NCBI GenBank assembly: GCA_965223545.1
Contig: OZ245006.1
Location: 128,001 to 192,000 of the forward strand
Source: Planctomycetota bacterium
Lineage (GTDB): Bacteria > Planctomycetota > UBA1135 > UBA2386
Direction: 5' to 3'
Length of the DNA: 64,000 bases
Made by a program: the position numbers and the translations under genes. The notes beneath the pieces are model-generated. The model ran no database searches, was not told the origin of the DNA, and saw nothing but the letters and a program-made list of their open reading frames with translations. Each line of letters begins with the position of its first letter. The first letter of the stretch is position 1. Of this stretch, positions 42,672 to 57,479 are shown in pieces.

Positions 42672-45065
42672 TCACACCAACCGCGCCCGTTTGCGCAGCG
42701 TCCACTCGACCGCCAGGATCGCCAGCACGAGCAGCAGGGTCCACCAGGTGTCCCACAGCGGGCGCGTCTTGCGGTCGACCTCGCGCTCGAACGGAACCAC
42801 CTTGGCGAAGTCGTCGACCAGCGAATCGGCCTCGGCAAGGAAAACGTAGCGCCCGCCCTTGCTCGCCCGCGCGATCGCCTCCAGCGTCTCCCGATCCTGG
42901 CTCGAGTGCGCCAGCTCGCGATCGGGGATTTTGACCAGCACGTCCTCGCGGGCGAGGACTTCGCCTTCGGGGCGATCACCGCCCAGGACCAGCACCGACA
43001 CCGCGCCCGGCTCCTCGAGCACGAACGAGCCCTGGAACGACCCGGGCTCGGTCGGCACCGGCCGCAGCGTGCGCTTTTCGGCGCCCCCCTCGGGGCGCCG
43101 CAAGAACACCGCCGCCTCGGGCGCGCGGCTGGGCTGTAGCTCGTCGTCGCGCAGCTCGAGACGCACGCGCACCTGATCGCCGCTCTCGACGATGACCCGG
43201 TCGAGCGTCAGCGCGACGTTCTCGTCTTGGTGCTGCAGGCGGCCGCCGGCCAGATAGCGCACCGTGTTGCGCCAAAACGGGTCCATGTAGCGCTCGCCGT
43301 AGGGCTTGCGCCACCGCCACGTCTCGTCCGAGGCCAGCACGAAGGTCCGGCCCCGCGGGTAGTGGCTGGCCGCCGCCAGCACGCGGTTGCCGTAGGCGTT
43401 GCGATCCCTTGGATGCCGGAGCAAGACCTCGGCGCCGGCCTTGGCCTTGCGCACCGGAAAGTAGGTCGTCCAAGGTGCCAGCTTGCGCTCCCACAGGAGG
43501 GCGTTGGCCTCCGGGTCGCGGCGCAAGAGCGTGATCTCGTGCGGCTGGTGCGGTAGCTCCAGCTGCGGAGTGAAGCTGCCGCGGCGGTCCAACACCAGCG
43601 TCGCCAGCTCGGCGGGGTCCTCGAGCACGACCGGCAGCAGGTCCTCGAGCGCGGAGCGGCGGTAGTCGTGGGGCATGGCGTTCTCGCCGAACAGGAAGCC
43701 GACGCCGCCGCCCAGCTCGACGAACTCGACCAGCAGATCCAGCCACGCGGTGCGCTCCTGCTCGGTGCGCCCGAGCCGCTCCTTCGGCACGTCGCCGAGC
43801 AGAATCACGTCGTAGGCGAACAGCTCCTCGCGGGTGCTGGGCAGCGCCCGCAACGGCGGCAAGCCCTCGGTGCTCCAGTGCACGAAGTCGCGGCTCGCGT
43901 CGCACTGGTAGACCTGCGCTTCGATGCTGGTCGTGTCGACCCGGAGCAGCAGGTTCTTGACGTAGCGGTACTCCCAGCGCGGCAGATCCTCGACGTACAG
44001 CACGCGGATCCGCTGGTCCTCGACGCGCAGGAAGCGCGTGTCGACGTTGTCCTCGTGGCTGGTCTCCTCGGGGAGCGGATCGGCCGAGAAGCGCAGCGTG
44101 TAGTCCCCCGGCTCGGAGAACGCGTGGTACATCCGGAGCTTGACCGGGGCGCCGTCTTCGGCCAACACCGCGGTCGCCGTCGCGCGCGGCAGGTAGGGGC
44201 CTCCGTCGGCTTCGGCCGCCGACAGGGTCACGGTCACCGACGTGCCCTCGAGCCCCTCGGCGCTGAGCGTGACGTCGAACGCGACCTCTTCGTTCTTCAG
44301 CGCCTCCTTGGGACCGGCCGGGCCGACCAAGCGCAGATTGCGCGGTGGATTGGGATCACCGACACCGACCGTGTAGATCGGGATGTCGTCGTCGCCGTAG
44401 CGCTGGGCGATCTCGACCGGCGACAGGCCGCCGTTGTTGCGCCCATCCGACACCAGCACGACCGCGTCGAGGTTGGCGGCGGCGGCGTCGCCGCGCAGCA
44501 GATCGAGCGCCACGCCGAGCTGCGACTGCCGGCCCTTGGCCGTGAGCTCGTCGAAATCGCGGATCAACCGCGGCTCGCGGCTGAAGCGAAACAGGCGCAG
44601 GTCGTGCTTCTCGGCCAGCCGCTGCCACAGGCCGTCCGGTCGACCCAAGACCTGCGCCACCAACTCGGTGCGGGACAGCTGCGCCACCGGCTGGCCCACC
44701 AAGGTCGTCAGCGCCTCGTTCTGGGTGGCGTCGGGATAGGTGTCGCGCCGCTGCATGCTGGCGCTGTCGTCGATCAGCACCTGGACCTGAGTGCGGACGG
44801 TGGCGCGGCGGATCTCCTCGATGGACGGCTGGAACAGCGCCAGCAGCAGGATGGCGATCGCGGCGCCGCGCAGGCACGCCAGGACGATGCGGGTCGACGC
44901 CTCGAGGCGGCGCAGGCCGCCGTAGCACCACCAGGCGAACAGCACCACGACCGGCGCGATGAGCAGCGTCAGTTGCCACAGCTCCGGCAGGGCCAGAAAG
45001 CGAAACGTCTCCTCGGTGTGCACCGCGTCGCCGTCTTGCGCGATGGCGATCAAAGCCGGGATCAC
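42672..45065 (-). CDS. Membrane protein with vWA, Ig-like and glutamine-amidotransferase-like domains
   Basis: GTG start overlapping the upstream stop; MIDAS DDSASM, LVSDG, PRWEYRY, YDVILLGDV, ETWRWR, C-terminal TM. Confidence 0.85.
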   Translation of the reverse strand: MIPALIAIAQDGDAVHTEETFRFLALPELWQLTLLIAPVVVLFAWWCYGGLRRLEASTRIVLACLRGAAIAILLLALFQPSIEEIRRATVRTQVQVLIDDSASMQRRDTYPDATQNEALTTLVGQPVAQLSRTELVAQVLGRPDGLWQRLAEKHDLRLFRFSREPRLIRDFDELTAKGRQSQLGVALDLLRGDAAAANLDAVVLVSDGRNNGGLSPVEIAQRYGDDDIPIYTVGVGDPNPPRNLRLVGPAGPKEALKNEEVAFDVTLSAEGLEGTSVTVTLSAAEADGGPYLPRATATAVLAEDGAPVKLRMYHAFSEPGDYTLRFSADPLPEETSHEDNVDTRFLRVEDQRIRVLYVEDLPRWEYRYVKNLLLRVDTTSIEAQVYQCDASRDFVHWSTEGLPPLRALPSTREELFAYDVILLGDVPKERLGRTEQERTAWLDLLVEFVELGGGVGFLFGENAMPHDYRRSALEDLLPVVLEDPAELATLVLDRRGSFTPQLELPHQPHEITLLRRDPEANALLWERKLAPWTTYFPVRKAKAGAEVLLRHPRDRNAYGNRVLAAASHYPRGRTFVLASDETWRWRKPYGERYMDPFWRNTVRYLAGGRLQHQDENVALTLDRVIVESGDQVRVRLELRDDELQPSRAPEAAVFLRRPEGGAEKRTLRPVPTEPGSFQGSFVLEEPGAVSVLVLGGDRPEGEVLAREDVLVKIPDRELAHSSQDRETLEAIARASKGGRYVFLAEADSLVDDFAKVVPFEREVDRKTRPLWDTWWTLLLVLAILAVEWTLRKRARLV

Positions 45066-47329
45066 GCGCGCCTCCGCTGGACGAAGCGGGCCATCAACGC
45101 CTCGCCAATCAGCACCGCGAGCGCGACCCACAGGAGCAGGATGCCGAAGTCGTGGTTGCCGGAGTGCAGGACATCTCCCCGGTCGCTGGGCAGATCGCGC
45201 AGGATGGTCTGCACGCCGAGCCGCTCGCGCGCGGCGGCGTGGGAGAGAAAGACGAGGTCGCCCTCGGCGGGGTCGACGTCGACGGCGAAGTACAGTCGCT
45301 CGGCTTCGGCGACCCCGTCGCGTTCGACGTCGAGCTCGACGGTGTAGACCCCGGCATGGCGGGTGTCGCGGAACGCCGGCAGGGCAAAGCGGCCGCCCTC
45401 GAGCGTGCGGCTCTCGGTCGCCAGCGACACCTTGCCGCCGCCGGCGCGCTCGGGAGGCAGCACGAACGCGTTGGCCGGCTTGCCGTCGATCACACAGCCG
45501 AGCGCGGCGCCGACCGACACGTTGAACGGGTCACCGGATGGCAGCACGAGCCATTTGGCGGTCTCGTGAAACAGCGGAAACGCCATCACCCCGAGGTCGA
45601 ACCGGTTCCACGGTGGCTGCCGGCGGCTGACGGGGCTGGTCCAGAACAGCGCCTTGCCACCGCCCAAGCCGGCCGCGACGACCAGCGGCGTGCGCGCGTC
45701 GTCGTGCAGGCGCGCGAGGATCTGGCCGGCCTCGGCGTCGAAGTGCGTCGACGCCAGACACCGGTACACCGGGGTCAGCTCGAACAGCGAGTAGTAGACG
45801 TCCTCGATGAACCCCTCGGCGAAGATCGGGTGGTCCGGCTGCGCGATCTCGGCGGTGTAGTAGCTGTCGCCGCCGGGGGTGTAGCCGTGCACGCCGGTCA
45901 GCTCCATCGGCATCAAGCCGCGGCCGTGCAAGTGCAGGTTGTAGCTGGCGGGATCGACCGCATCGCCCAACATCACCCACAGCGCGCCGCCGCCGGCGAC
46001 CATCGCGGCGAGGCGATCGGCCGCCGCCTCGTTCAGCCGCTCGACGTTGGCGAGCACGACGACGTCGTAGTCTTCGAGCTCGAGCCGGTCGGCGAGCAGG
46101 TCCAGCGGCGTCGCCACCTCGACCGCGAACATCGCGGTGGTCGCGTCGCCCTCGCCCTGCGTCGGGTCGAGCACCTGCCACAGGTGGCCGCCGTCCATCA
46201 GGTCCGGATCGCGCTCGGCCGAGCCCTCGACCAACAGCACCCGGATCCGCTCGCGCACGCGGATGACCAGGTGCCGGGCGTTGTCGGCGGCCAGCGCGTC
46301 GTCCTCCAGCCGGGCGCGCAGATGGTGCTCACCCGCGGTGCGGAACGCCGCGGTGAACTCGACCTCGCCCTCGGCGCCCGCCTCGAGCCGTAGACCGCGA
46401 ACGCTGGGCTGCTCGCCCTCGAGCTCCAGGGTGACCTGCACGGTGCGGGTCACGTCACAGCGGTTGCGTACGCGGGCCACCACGGGCACCGCGCTGTTGG
46501 CCAGCGCGACTGGCACCCCCAGCCGCAGATCCGTCAGCTGCACGTTGTCGACGCGCGCCGGTTGCTGCTCGTGGGCGACGCCGCCCGCGTCCAGCACGAT
46601 GAGCTCGGCGCGGTCGCGGATGCGCAGCAAGTGGTCGTCGAGCGTGTCGCGGAAGCCGTCGGCCGGCGCGGCATCCGGCTGGGCTTCATCGGGATCGGCA
46701 TCGGCCTCGCTGCCGAACGCCCGGTGTTGCAGGTCGGTCAGCAAGTAGACGACGGCCTCGCCCTCGCTGCGCTCGAGCAGCTCGGCCACCTGGCCAAGCG
46801 CCTCGGACAGATCCCCGGCACTGTCCGGCGGCGCGGTCTCGGCGGCCAGCCGGGCCTTGACGCGGCCGAGGTCGAGCACCTCCTGCAGCGGGATCCGCGG
46901 CCGCACGCCGGCCAAGACCAGGGTGACGCGATTGCCGGCCGGCTCCTCCAGGCGGTCGACCAGCTCGGTCGCCAAATCCCGCATCCGCGCAAACGGACTC
47001 TGCGCGCTGTCGGGGTGCATGCCGGTGCTGTAGCTCGCGTCCAGCACCAGGACGTGGTGCGCCGTGCTCGCGGCCAGCGGGCTGGAGGCCGCGTCGAGCA
47101 TCGGCCGGGCGATCGCGAACGCGACGACCACCGGGATCAGGCAGCGCAGCAGGAGCAGGAGGATGTTCTCGGTGCGCAGCCGGCGCCGCTGCTTCTTGTA
47201 GGCGCGCAGCAGAAAGTCCATCGCCGCCCACTCGCGGCGCTTGTAGCGCTGCCGGTTGAGCAGGTGGATGATGAGCGGCACCGCGAACAGCAGCGCACCG
47301 AACAGCAGCGTGGGGTGTAGGAACGACAT
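45062..47329 (-). CDS. BatA-domain / vWA membrane protein
   Basis: N-terminal PLIIHLLNR..WAAMDFL..LLLLRCL..ARP, vWA LDASYS, LLTDLQ. Confidence 0.9.
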   Translation of the reverse strand: MSFLHPTLLFGALLFAVPLIIHLLNRQRYKRREWAAMDFLLRAYKKQRRRLRTENILLLLLRCLIPVVVAFAIARPMLDAASSPLAASTAHHVLVLDASYSTGMHPDSAQSPFARMRDLATELVDRLEEPAGNRVTLVLAGVRPRIPLQEVLDLGRVKARLAAETAPPDSAGDLSEALGQVAELLERSEGEAVVYLLTDLQHRAFGSEADADPDEAQPDAAPADGFRDTLDDHLLRIRDRAELIVLDAGGVAHEQQPARVDNVQLTDLRLGVPVALANSAVPVVARVRNRCDVTRTVQVTLELEGEQPSVRGLRLEAGAEGEVEFTAAFRTAGEHHLRARLEDDALAADNARHLVIRVRERIRVLLVEGSAERDPDLMDGGHLWQVLDPTQGEGDATTAMFAVEVATPLDLLADRLELEDYDVVVLANVERLNEAAADRLAAMVAGGGALWVMLGDAVDPASYNLHLHGRGLMPMELTGVHGYTPGGDSYYTAEIAQPDHPIFAEGFIEDVYYSLFELTPVYRCLASTHFDAEAGQILARLHDDARTPLVVAAGLGGGKALFWTSPVSRRQPPWNRFDLGVMAFPLFHETAKWLVLPSGDPFNVSVGAALGCVIDGKPANAFVLPPERAGGGKVSLATESRTLEGGRFALPAFRDTRHAGVYTVELDVERDGVAEAERLYFAVDVDPAEGDLVFLSHAAARERLGVQTILRDLPSDRGDVLHSGNHDFGILLLWVALAVLIGEALMARFVQRRRA

Positions 47330-47335
47330 CGTCCG

Positions 47336-48247
47336 CTACTTCCGCCGTTTCGCGCGCGCCGCGCGCGCCGCCAGGTAGCTCGACAGCACGACGTCCAGCG
47401 GCTGGTTGTTGACGACGCGCACGTAGTCGAAGCCCTGCGCCAGGCAGCCCTTGCGCATCCGCTTCTGGAAGTCGGTGATCTCGGCCAGGTAGGCGTCCTT
47501 CAGCGAGCGCGGGTCGACGAGCAGCTCGGGCAGCTCCTCCATCCCGTCGAACAGCGTCATGCGCTCGAACGGGAACTCGACCTCGTCGCGATCCAAGACG
47601 TGGAACACGACCACGTCGTGGCCGCGGCGGCCGAGCTCCTGCAGCCCGCGCAAGACGGTGTCGGGCTCGTCGAACAGGTCGGAGAACACCATTGCCATGC
47701 CGCGCTGGGAGAGGCGGGATGCCAGCTCGTGCAACGCCGCACCGACCCGGGTCTTGGCGGTCGGCTCGGCCTCCTCGAGGGCGGCGAAGACGTTGCCGAG
47801 GTTGGCGCGCGTGTTGCTCGGCGGCACGGTCTTGGTCACCGCCTCGTGGAACAGGCTCAGACCGACGGCATCCGACTGCTGCTGGATCAAGTACGAGAGC
47901 GCGGCGACGCCGGTGGCGGCGTAGTCGAACTTCGACATGCCCTCCTCGTGCGCGTACGCCATCGACTCGCTCTGGTCGACGAAGAGGTGAGCCCGCAGGT
48001 TGGTCTCCTCTTCGAACTCCTTGATGTAGAAGCGGTCCGACTTGCCCAGCAGCTTCCAATCCAAGAAGCGGATGTCGTCGCCGGGCACGTACTCGCGGTG
48101 CTGGGCGAACTCCACCGAGAAGCCGCGGTACGGCGAGCGGTGCATGCCGCTGACGAAGCCCTCGACGACCAACCGCGCGCGCAGCTCGAGCTTGGTGACC
48201 TTGTTGAGGACCGCCGGGTCCAGGTAGTTGGTCGTGGTTTCCGCCAT
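47336..48247 (-). CDS. DUF58 domain-containing protein
   Basis: GMHRSPYRGFSVEFAQHREYVPGDDIR, KEFEEET, DQSESM. Confidence 0.95.
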   Translation of the reverse strand: MAETTTNYLDPAVLNKVTKLELRARLVVEGFVSGMHRSPYRGFSVEFAQHREYVPGDDIRFLDWKLLGKSDRFYIKEFEEETNLRAHLFVDQSESMAYAHEEGMSKFDYAATGVAALSYLIQQQSDAVGLSLFHEAVTKTVPPSNTRANLGNVFAALEEAEPTAKTRVGAALHELASRLSQRGMAMVFSDLFDEPDTVLRGLQELGRRGHDVVVFHVLDRDEVEFPFERMTLFDGMEELPELLVDPRSLKDAYLAEITDFQKRMRKGCLAQGFDYVRVVNNQPLDVVLSSYLAARAARAKRRK

Positions 48248-48290
48248 GTCGTCCCCAACGCCGCCGCGCGCGGCTCAGCCCGGCGCGGCG

Positions 48291-49352
<1,062 letters not shown>

Positions 49353-49737
49353 GAGTCTCTACAGCCACCGCCGAGGGTGGCGCTTGGGGTGGACAGGTGC
49401 CCGCCGACGGCGGGGCTCCTGCGGGCCGATTCGGGATACGGGCGTGACCGTCCCACCGAGAACGCCTTTTCTGACCGGCCGTTCAGAAAGTCCTCCCCGC
49501 CCTGGCCGGCAGCCGGCCGGCGGCGCGCTGGCCCGGCCGCCGCGATTCCGCGGGCGGCCAACGTCGGCCAACGGGTCGGAGGGGTTTCTCAAACTGCCTC
49601 GGCGAGCGGCGCGGAGCTCGACAACCGGGCGCCGCAGGAACGTGTCACGGAGTACGAATACAGACAGTAGCTTCCGGCGGGGGCGAAGATAACTCTCCCC
49701 GTCGGGCGGCCGCCCAAGATTCTTCTCGCGGGTCGCG

Positions 49738-50063
49738 TCAGCGCCACGACTCGGGGCCCGGCTCCGCTTGCTCCGGCGTGGCCTCGGGATACCGCGCGAG
49801 CAGCTCGTCGGGGGTCATCCCCAGGCGGTCGATCTCGACCAGCAAGGTCTGCGGGTCGTAGCGCAGGCCGAGCTCGGTGTCGCGGAGCGCCGCATTGCGC
49901 CCGGCGAGCTGCTCGAGCAGCCGCTCCCGCTGGCGCTCGATGTCGCCCAGCTGGCGCTCCTCTGCCGCGGCGGGCACCATCGCGGTGAAGAACACCACCG
50001 CCGCCAGCAGCGCACAGAACGCCGACAGCAGGAGCGGAAACCGCATCGGGGGAGAGCTGCTCA

Positions 50064-50064
<1 letters not shown>
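49738..50064 (-). CDS. FtsB/DivIC-like small bitopic coiled-coil protein
   Basis: 3' end of ORF 49738..51045, TGATG-coupled to eno. One TM, a coiled coil, then LRYDPQTLLVEIDRLGM. Confidence 0.65.
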
Positions 50065-53887
<3,823 letters not shown>

Positions 53888-54197
53888 GGGCCGCCACGTG
53901 CGCTCGGGGAACCTAGCCAGCGCGTCACCCTGTCGCCGGCGCGAATGACGGGCCACGACCTCGAACCTCCGGCGCGACGAGTCGTCGATCGGCGACAACG
54001 GGTCAAGGTGGAGAGGAGGAGACCTGGTTGCGGCAAGCACGTTGCAAGCAACCAAAACCCCGCCTCCCGCGCCTTCCCCCTGAGCGATCCGTGAAACCGC
54101 GCAGCGAGCGGGCACATGGTGACGCACCGACGACGGTCTGGGCGATGCCAAGTGTTTACACCGCGAAAGCCGGCACTCATTCAGCGGGATCGTCCGA

Positions 54198-55805
54198 TTA
54201 CGGCTGTGTGGCAAGGAAGCGATTCAGCAACTTTCCCATCTCTGCGGGACTCATACGCCTGCTTTTGGGAAGAAGCAACCCCATGAGCTTCTTGCGGATC
54301 GCACCTGACCATACGACCGGCGTTGTCCCGCCGCTTGCGGTCGTGCTAGCGAAACTGCTAGACGGCATCGTGGGATCGAACAATCGACCAGTGTCCGGCG
54401 CGTAGAAAGCCGTATCTCGAATCATGAAGCTGGCTATGTCCGAGACAGCCACAAGACCCGAGGGGAGTCCAACCCACCACTGCGTCGAAATTAGTCCGCC
54501 GGCCAAGTTCGGGTCGCTAGGAATAGGAAGCCGAACATAGCCGATGCCAGGTTTGGCGGTACTCCACACTACCAGCTCTGAGGAAATGGCGGTTGCGCTG
54601 TTCAGATAAGGCTTTCCGCCTGATGGATACACGATATCGTCGGGTGTACCTATCACGCATGCCGCAGCGTAATTCGATATCGTAACCTGGCCAGGGACAT
54701 CATGATCCGCGAACACATGAAGAGAGAAGCCCGGATTCCCAACATAGGCTTGCTTCGCGAGAGGAGCCAAAGGCCGCAACACGCTCCCTGCATCGATTCT
54801 CGAGACGCATCCAACGCTCTCGATCGGAGAAACAAACGGCGGTCCGGGCACGGGCATGCTTGCAGTTTGCGCCGCTAGAACATCTCCAAACGCGAGCTGT
54901 TGCAGAGGGGCCGATCCCGAACCAGTCCCGTCGGTGGTTCCTGCGGCGAAATTGGTCCAGGAGCCCGATTGCCATTTCTTGACAATCACCACCGTGTTAG
55001 GGGGGCCAGTGAAAGATACGCTGGAGTTATTGATGCGAAGCCCCTTCTGGAGAGAGGCCCAGCTCTCGGTACCGATTACTTCTGTCGCAACACCTCCCTG
55101 AGTGTCGATCCAGAAGTATCTCTCGTGCATTCCCAAGTTGTAGTTGAGGGCCAACAGCTTCTGGCCACTCGGATCAGCGCTCAGGCTGTAGTCGAGTATG
55201 TTGGGCCACGCTAGCTGACTGATGGTCGACGAATCGGCAAAGAGGTTCCACACAGGTGGCAGTGCGCCGGAAACGTAAGGCGCCGATAAGATCTCACATC
55301 CCGAGGCGTCCCACTTCATGACATACAGAGTCGGGCCAGCTCCTCCCGTCGCGTGCGCCACTCCGATAATATCGGCGCCATCCCAAGACACACGGCTAGA
55401 TTCCGCGATCACGCCCAAGGTGTTTTCCGAGTAGCGGAGCAACACTCCCTTGTCGCTCGTATTATCCCGCCCGCAAACGATGGCGGAGTAATCGCTTGAG
55501 ACTATCGCGTCACCGTAGATTTCAGGTAAGGCTGAGCCCAAGCCACTGGCCAAGCCGATATCCCACCGAAACACCCTCGCAGAGCTCGCTGTTGCTGTCT
55601 CGATAAGGTTCAGGTGCTCGGTTCTGGGTGCGCGGATCCCTCGACTCTCTCTGGGCCAGGGCTGCGCTCCCTTCACTGAGTCAGCAAGAGGGAGGAGCAA
55701 GAGGACAAGCAGGATGTGGGCGCGAAGCCGCCACCCTCTGCGCACCTGAGCGCAACCATTCCGGCCAAGACTATCCATCAGCAGAAACCTTGTTGCAGAA
55801 CTCAT
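54198..55805 (-). CDS. Hypothetical secreted beta-rich protein (lower-GC patch)
   Basis: ATG 55805 overlaps the upstream stop (ATGA); hydrophobic signal ILLVLLLLPLA; S/T/G/P-rich; codon usage unlike the flanks. Confidence 0.75.
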   Translation of the reverse strand: MSSATRFLLMDSLGRNGCAQVRRGWRLRAHILLVLLLLPLADSVKGAQPWPRESRGIRAPRTEHLNLIETATASSARVFRWDIGLASGLGSALPEIYGDAIVSSDYSAIVCGRDNTSDKGVLLRYSENTLGVIAESSRVSWDGADIIGVAHATGGAGPTLYVMKWDASGCEILSAPYVSGALPPVWNLFADSSTISQLAWPNILDYSLSADPSGQKLLALNYNLGMHERYFWIDTQGGVATEVIGTESWASLQKGLRINNSSVSFTGPPNTVVIVKKWQSGSWTNFAAGTTDGTGSGSAPLQQLAFGDVLAAQTASMPVPGPPFVSPIESVGCVSRIDAGSVLRPLAPLAKQAYVGNPGFSLHVFADHDVPGQVTISNYAAACVIGTPDDIVYPSGGKPYLNSATAISSELVVWSTAKPGIGYVRLPIPSDPNLAGGLISTQWWVGLPSGLVAVSDIASFMIRDTAFYAPDTGRLFDPTMPSSSFASTTASGGTTPVVWSGAIRKKLMGLLLPKSRRMSPAEMGKLLNRFLATQP

Positions 55806-56473
55806 GTGACTAGAAACCACCAATCAATCATTTCGTGAAGGAAGGCGCAGAGGTCATCAATCTCTTGGCATAAGGCATCATGCATCGGACTACCCGGCAC
55901 ATTGTAGCATGGGTCGTTAACTTTCATGCTGTTCATCATGTCTTTTTCGCACTCAATAGCGCCAATCTCCCAGCATGCTTCTTGTCCGCCAACCGGGTTG
56001 AATCCACCTGGCCCGGAGTCAGAATCGGCATGTTTCACCTCGTGGAGGAATGTCAGCACCGTGATATCGCATTGCAGCTTCGCCTGCTGTTCCGGCGTCA
56101 GATGCGGATACTCGTTCTTGAGGGGTTGGAAGTTCTTAGCAAAGAACTCCGGATGAATGAAGATGTACACAGTGTCCTCTGTCCCAGGCTGCGGATCTTC
56201 AGGTTCGCGGTGCTTTGTTTGCCCGCGTATCGCACCCCCAAGGCCTTCCGGCGGCGTCGCCGCAAACACATCGCCGTCCTCGACCAACTCTTCCGCTGCT
56301 TGCCTGAGACTTTCGTGCTCCGCCTTCTGCGAAGAGCTGGGCATCTGTTCTATCAGCTCCTGCCACCGAGTGCTGATTGGCTCGAATTGGTTCTCTGTTA
56401 TCGGCGTAAACTGTGCCGCCACAGAACACGGCAGCGCCAAGAACACTAACACACCGAAAGCTATGATCTTCAT
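55802..56473 (-). CDS. Secreted putative zinc metallopeptidase (HExxH, gluzincin-like)
   Basis: Signal peptide MKIIAFGVLVFLALPCSVAA; LHEVKH followed about 20 aa later by EIGA; six Cys in the mature chain. Confidence 0.7.
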   Translation of the reverse strand: MKIIAFGVLVFLALPCSVAAQFTPITENQFEPISTRWQELIEQMPSSSQKAEHESLRQAAEELVEDGDVFAATPPEGLGGAIRGQTKHREPEDPQPGTEDTVYIFIHPEFFAKNFQPLKNEYPHLTPEQQAKLQCDITVLTFLHEVKHADSDSGPGGFNPVGGQEACWEIGAIECEKDMMNSMKVNDPCYNVPGSPMHDALCQEIDDLCAFLHEMIDWWFLVT

Positions 56474-56743
56474 GTCAGACACTCTGCGAAAGTCGGAAGG
56501 GGCACTGGCACTACACGTGGGGCAGAGTGAGGGGAAATGGCCAGAGATGGTCTCCCCATCGGAACGCTCTGCGATGTGGATCAAAGTTCAAGTAAGCGAT
56601 AGCGCACACCCGCCTCAATACAGCTCTCTCAGAGCTGGGTGCAGCGGGGCGGTTGATCATGTCGAGTTGCTGGAAGCAGTAACTAATGAGGGGCGGCCGG
56701 TGGCCCAACTTTCGCAGTTATTTTTCTTCCCGCCATCAGCGAG

Positions 56744-57479
56744 TCAGGCGTCGCTCGCGGAGGCGCCCCGTACAGGAGTTGTTGGTGTTCTCAGCGTTGC
56801 TTGATCGGGGGATAGCGCCCGGTTTGCCACACCAGCTACCGACCACGAGACCAAGACGTCATCGGGCATCTGAGGCATCACGTCCGGGGGGCCTCCGCGT
56901 CGTGATCTCGCTGGCCGGTGACCGAAGCTGCGACTTCGATTCCGGCGATCGGCGCTCCGTTGTGATCCCGGCAGATCACTCGTTGCTCGTGCCGCGTGCG
57001 AGTTGGACCAACCTCCGCTCCCCGGGCCGTCGACTGGCAACCCGCGCGGGGAGATGGGAATCCGTGACAACCGAGATCTTCGCGGCGGCGGACGGCGCAA
57101 GGCGAGCCCCCCCGCGGTGGTTTGCGTTCGCCAAGGCGTCGGCCTTCCTCACTGTCGAGGCGGCGGAGTAGCGATACACCCTCGCTCCTGCCCCTGGGGA
57201 TCCATCCGACAGAACGATCACAATCGTCGTAGCATTCTCTCCATCCTCATCGGCCTCAGCCCCGTCTTGCACGTGAGGGACGGGCAGCCGCTCCCTTGCC
57301 GATGGACGCCCCTCTCGGTCGACTGCCGCAAGCTCCGGAGAGGTTCGCGCCACAGCGGGTGCCGCCGCATCCCCGACAGGGTTCAAGAGAAACCACCAGA
57401 TCACGACGATCGCGACGGTTGCGACAAGAACGGCGACTGCAAGGCGAGGGCGCACGACTCCGCTCGAGCACCTGGACAT
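56744..57479 (-). pseudogene. Frameshifted membrane-anchored protein with carboxypeptidase-regulatory-like repeats
   Basis: ORF 57479..56976 (TM, VLSDGSPGAGARV) stops at 56976. A shifted frame continues VICRDHNGAPIAGIEVAAS and stops again just after the G6 run at 56886-56891. Confidence 0.5.

Noticed and set aside
49484..49493. CAGAAAGTCC resembling the RNase P RNA GAGGAAAGTCC motif
   Set aside because: The match is imperfect and the other conserved rnpB segments are not visible nearby.
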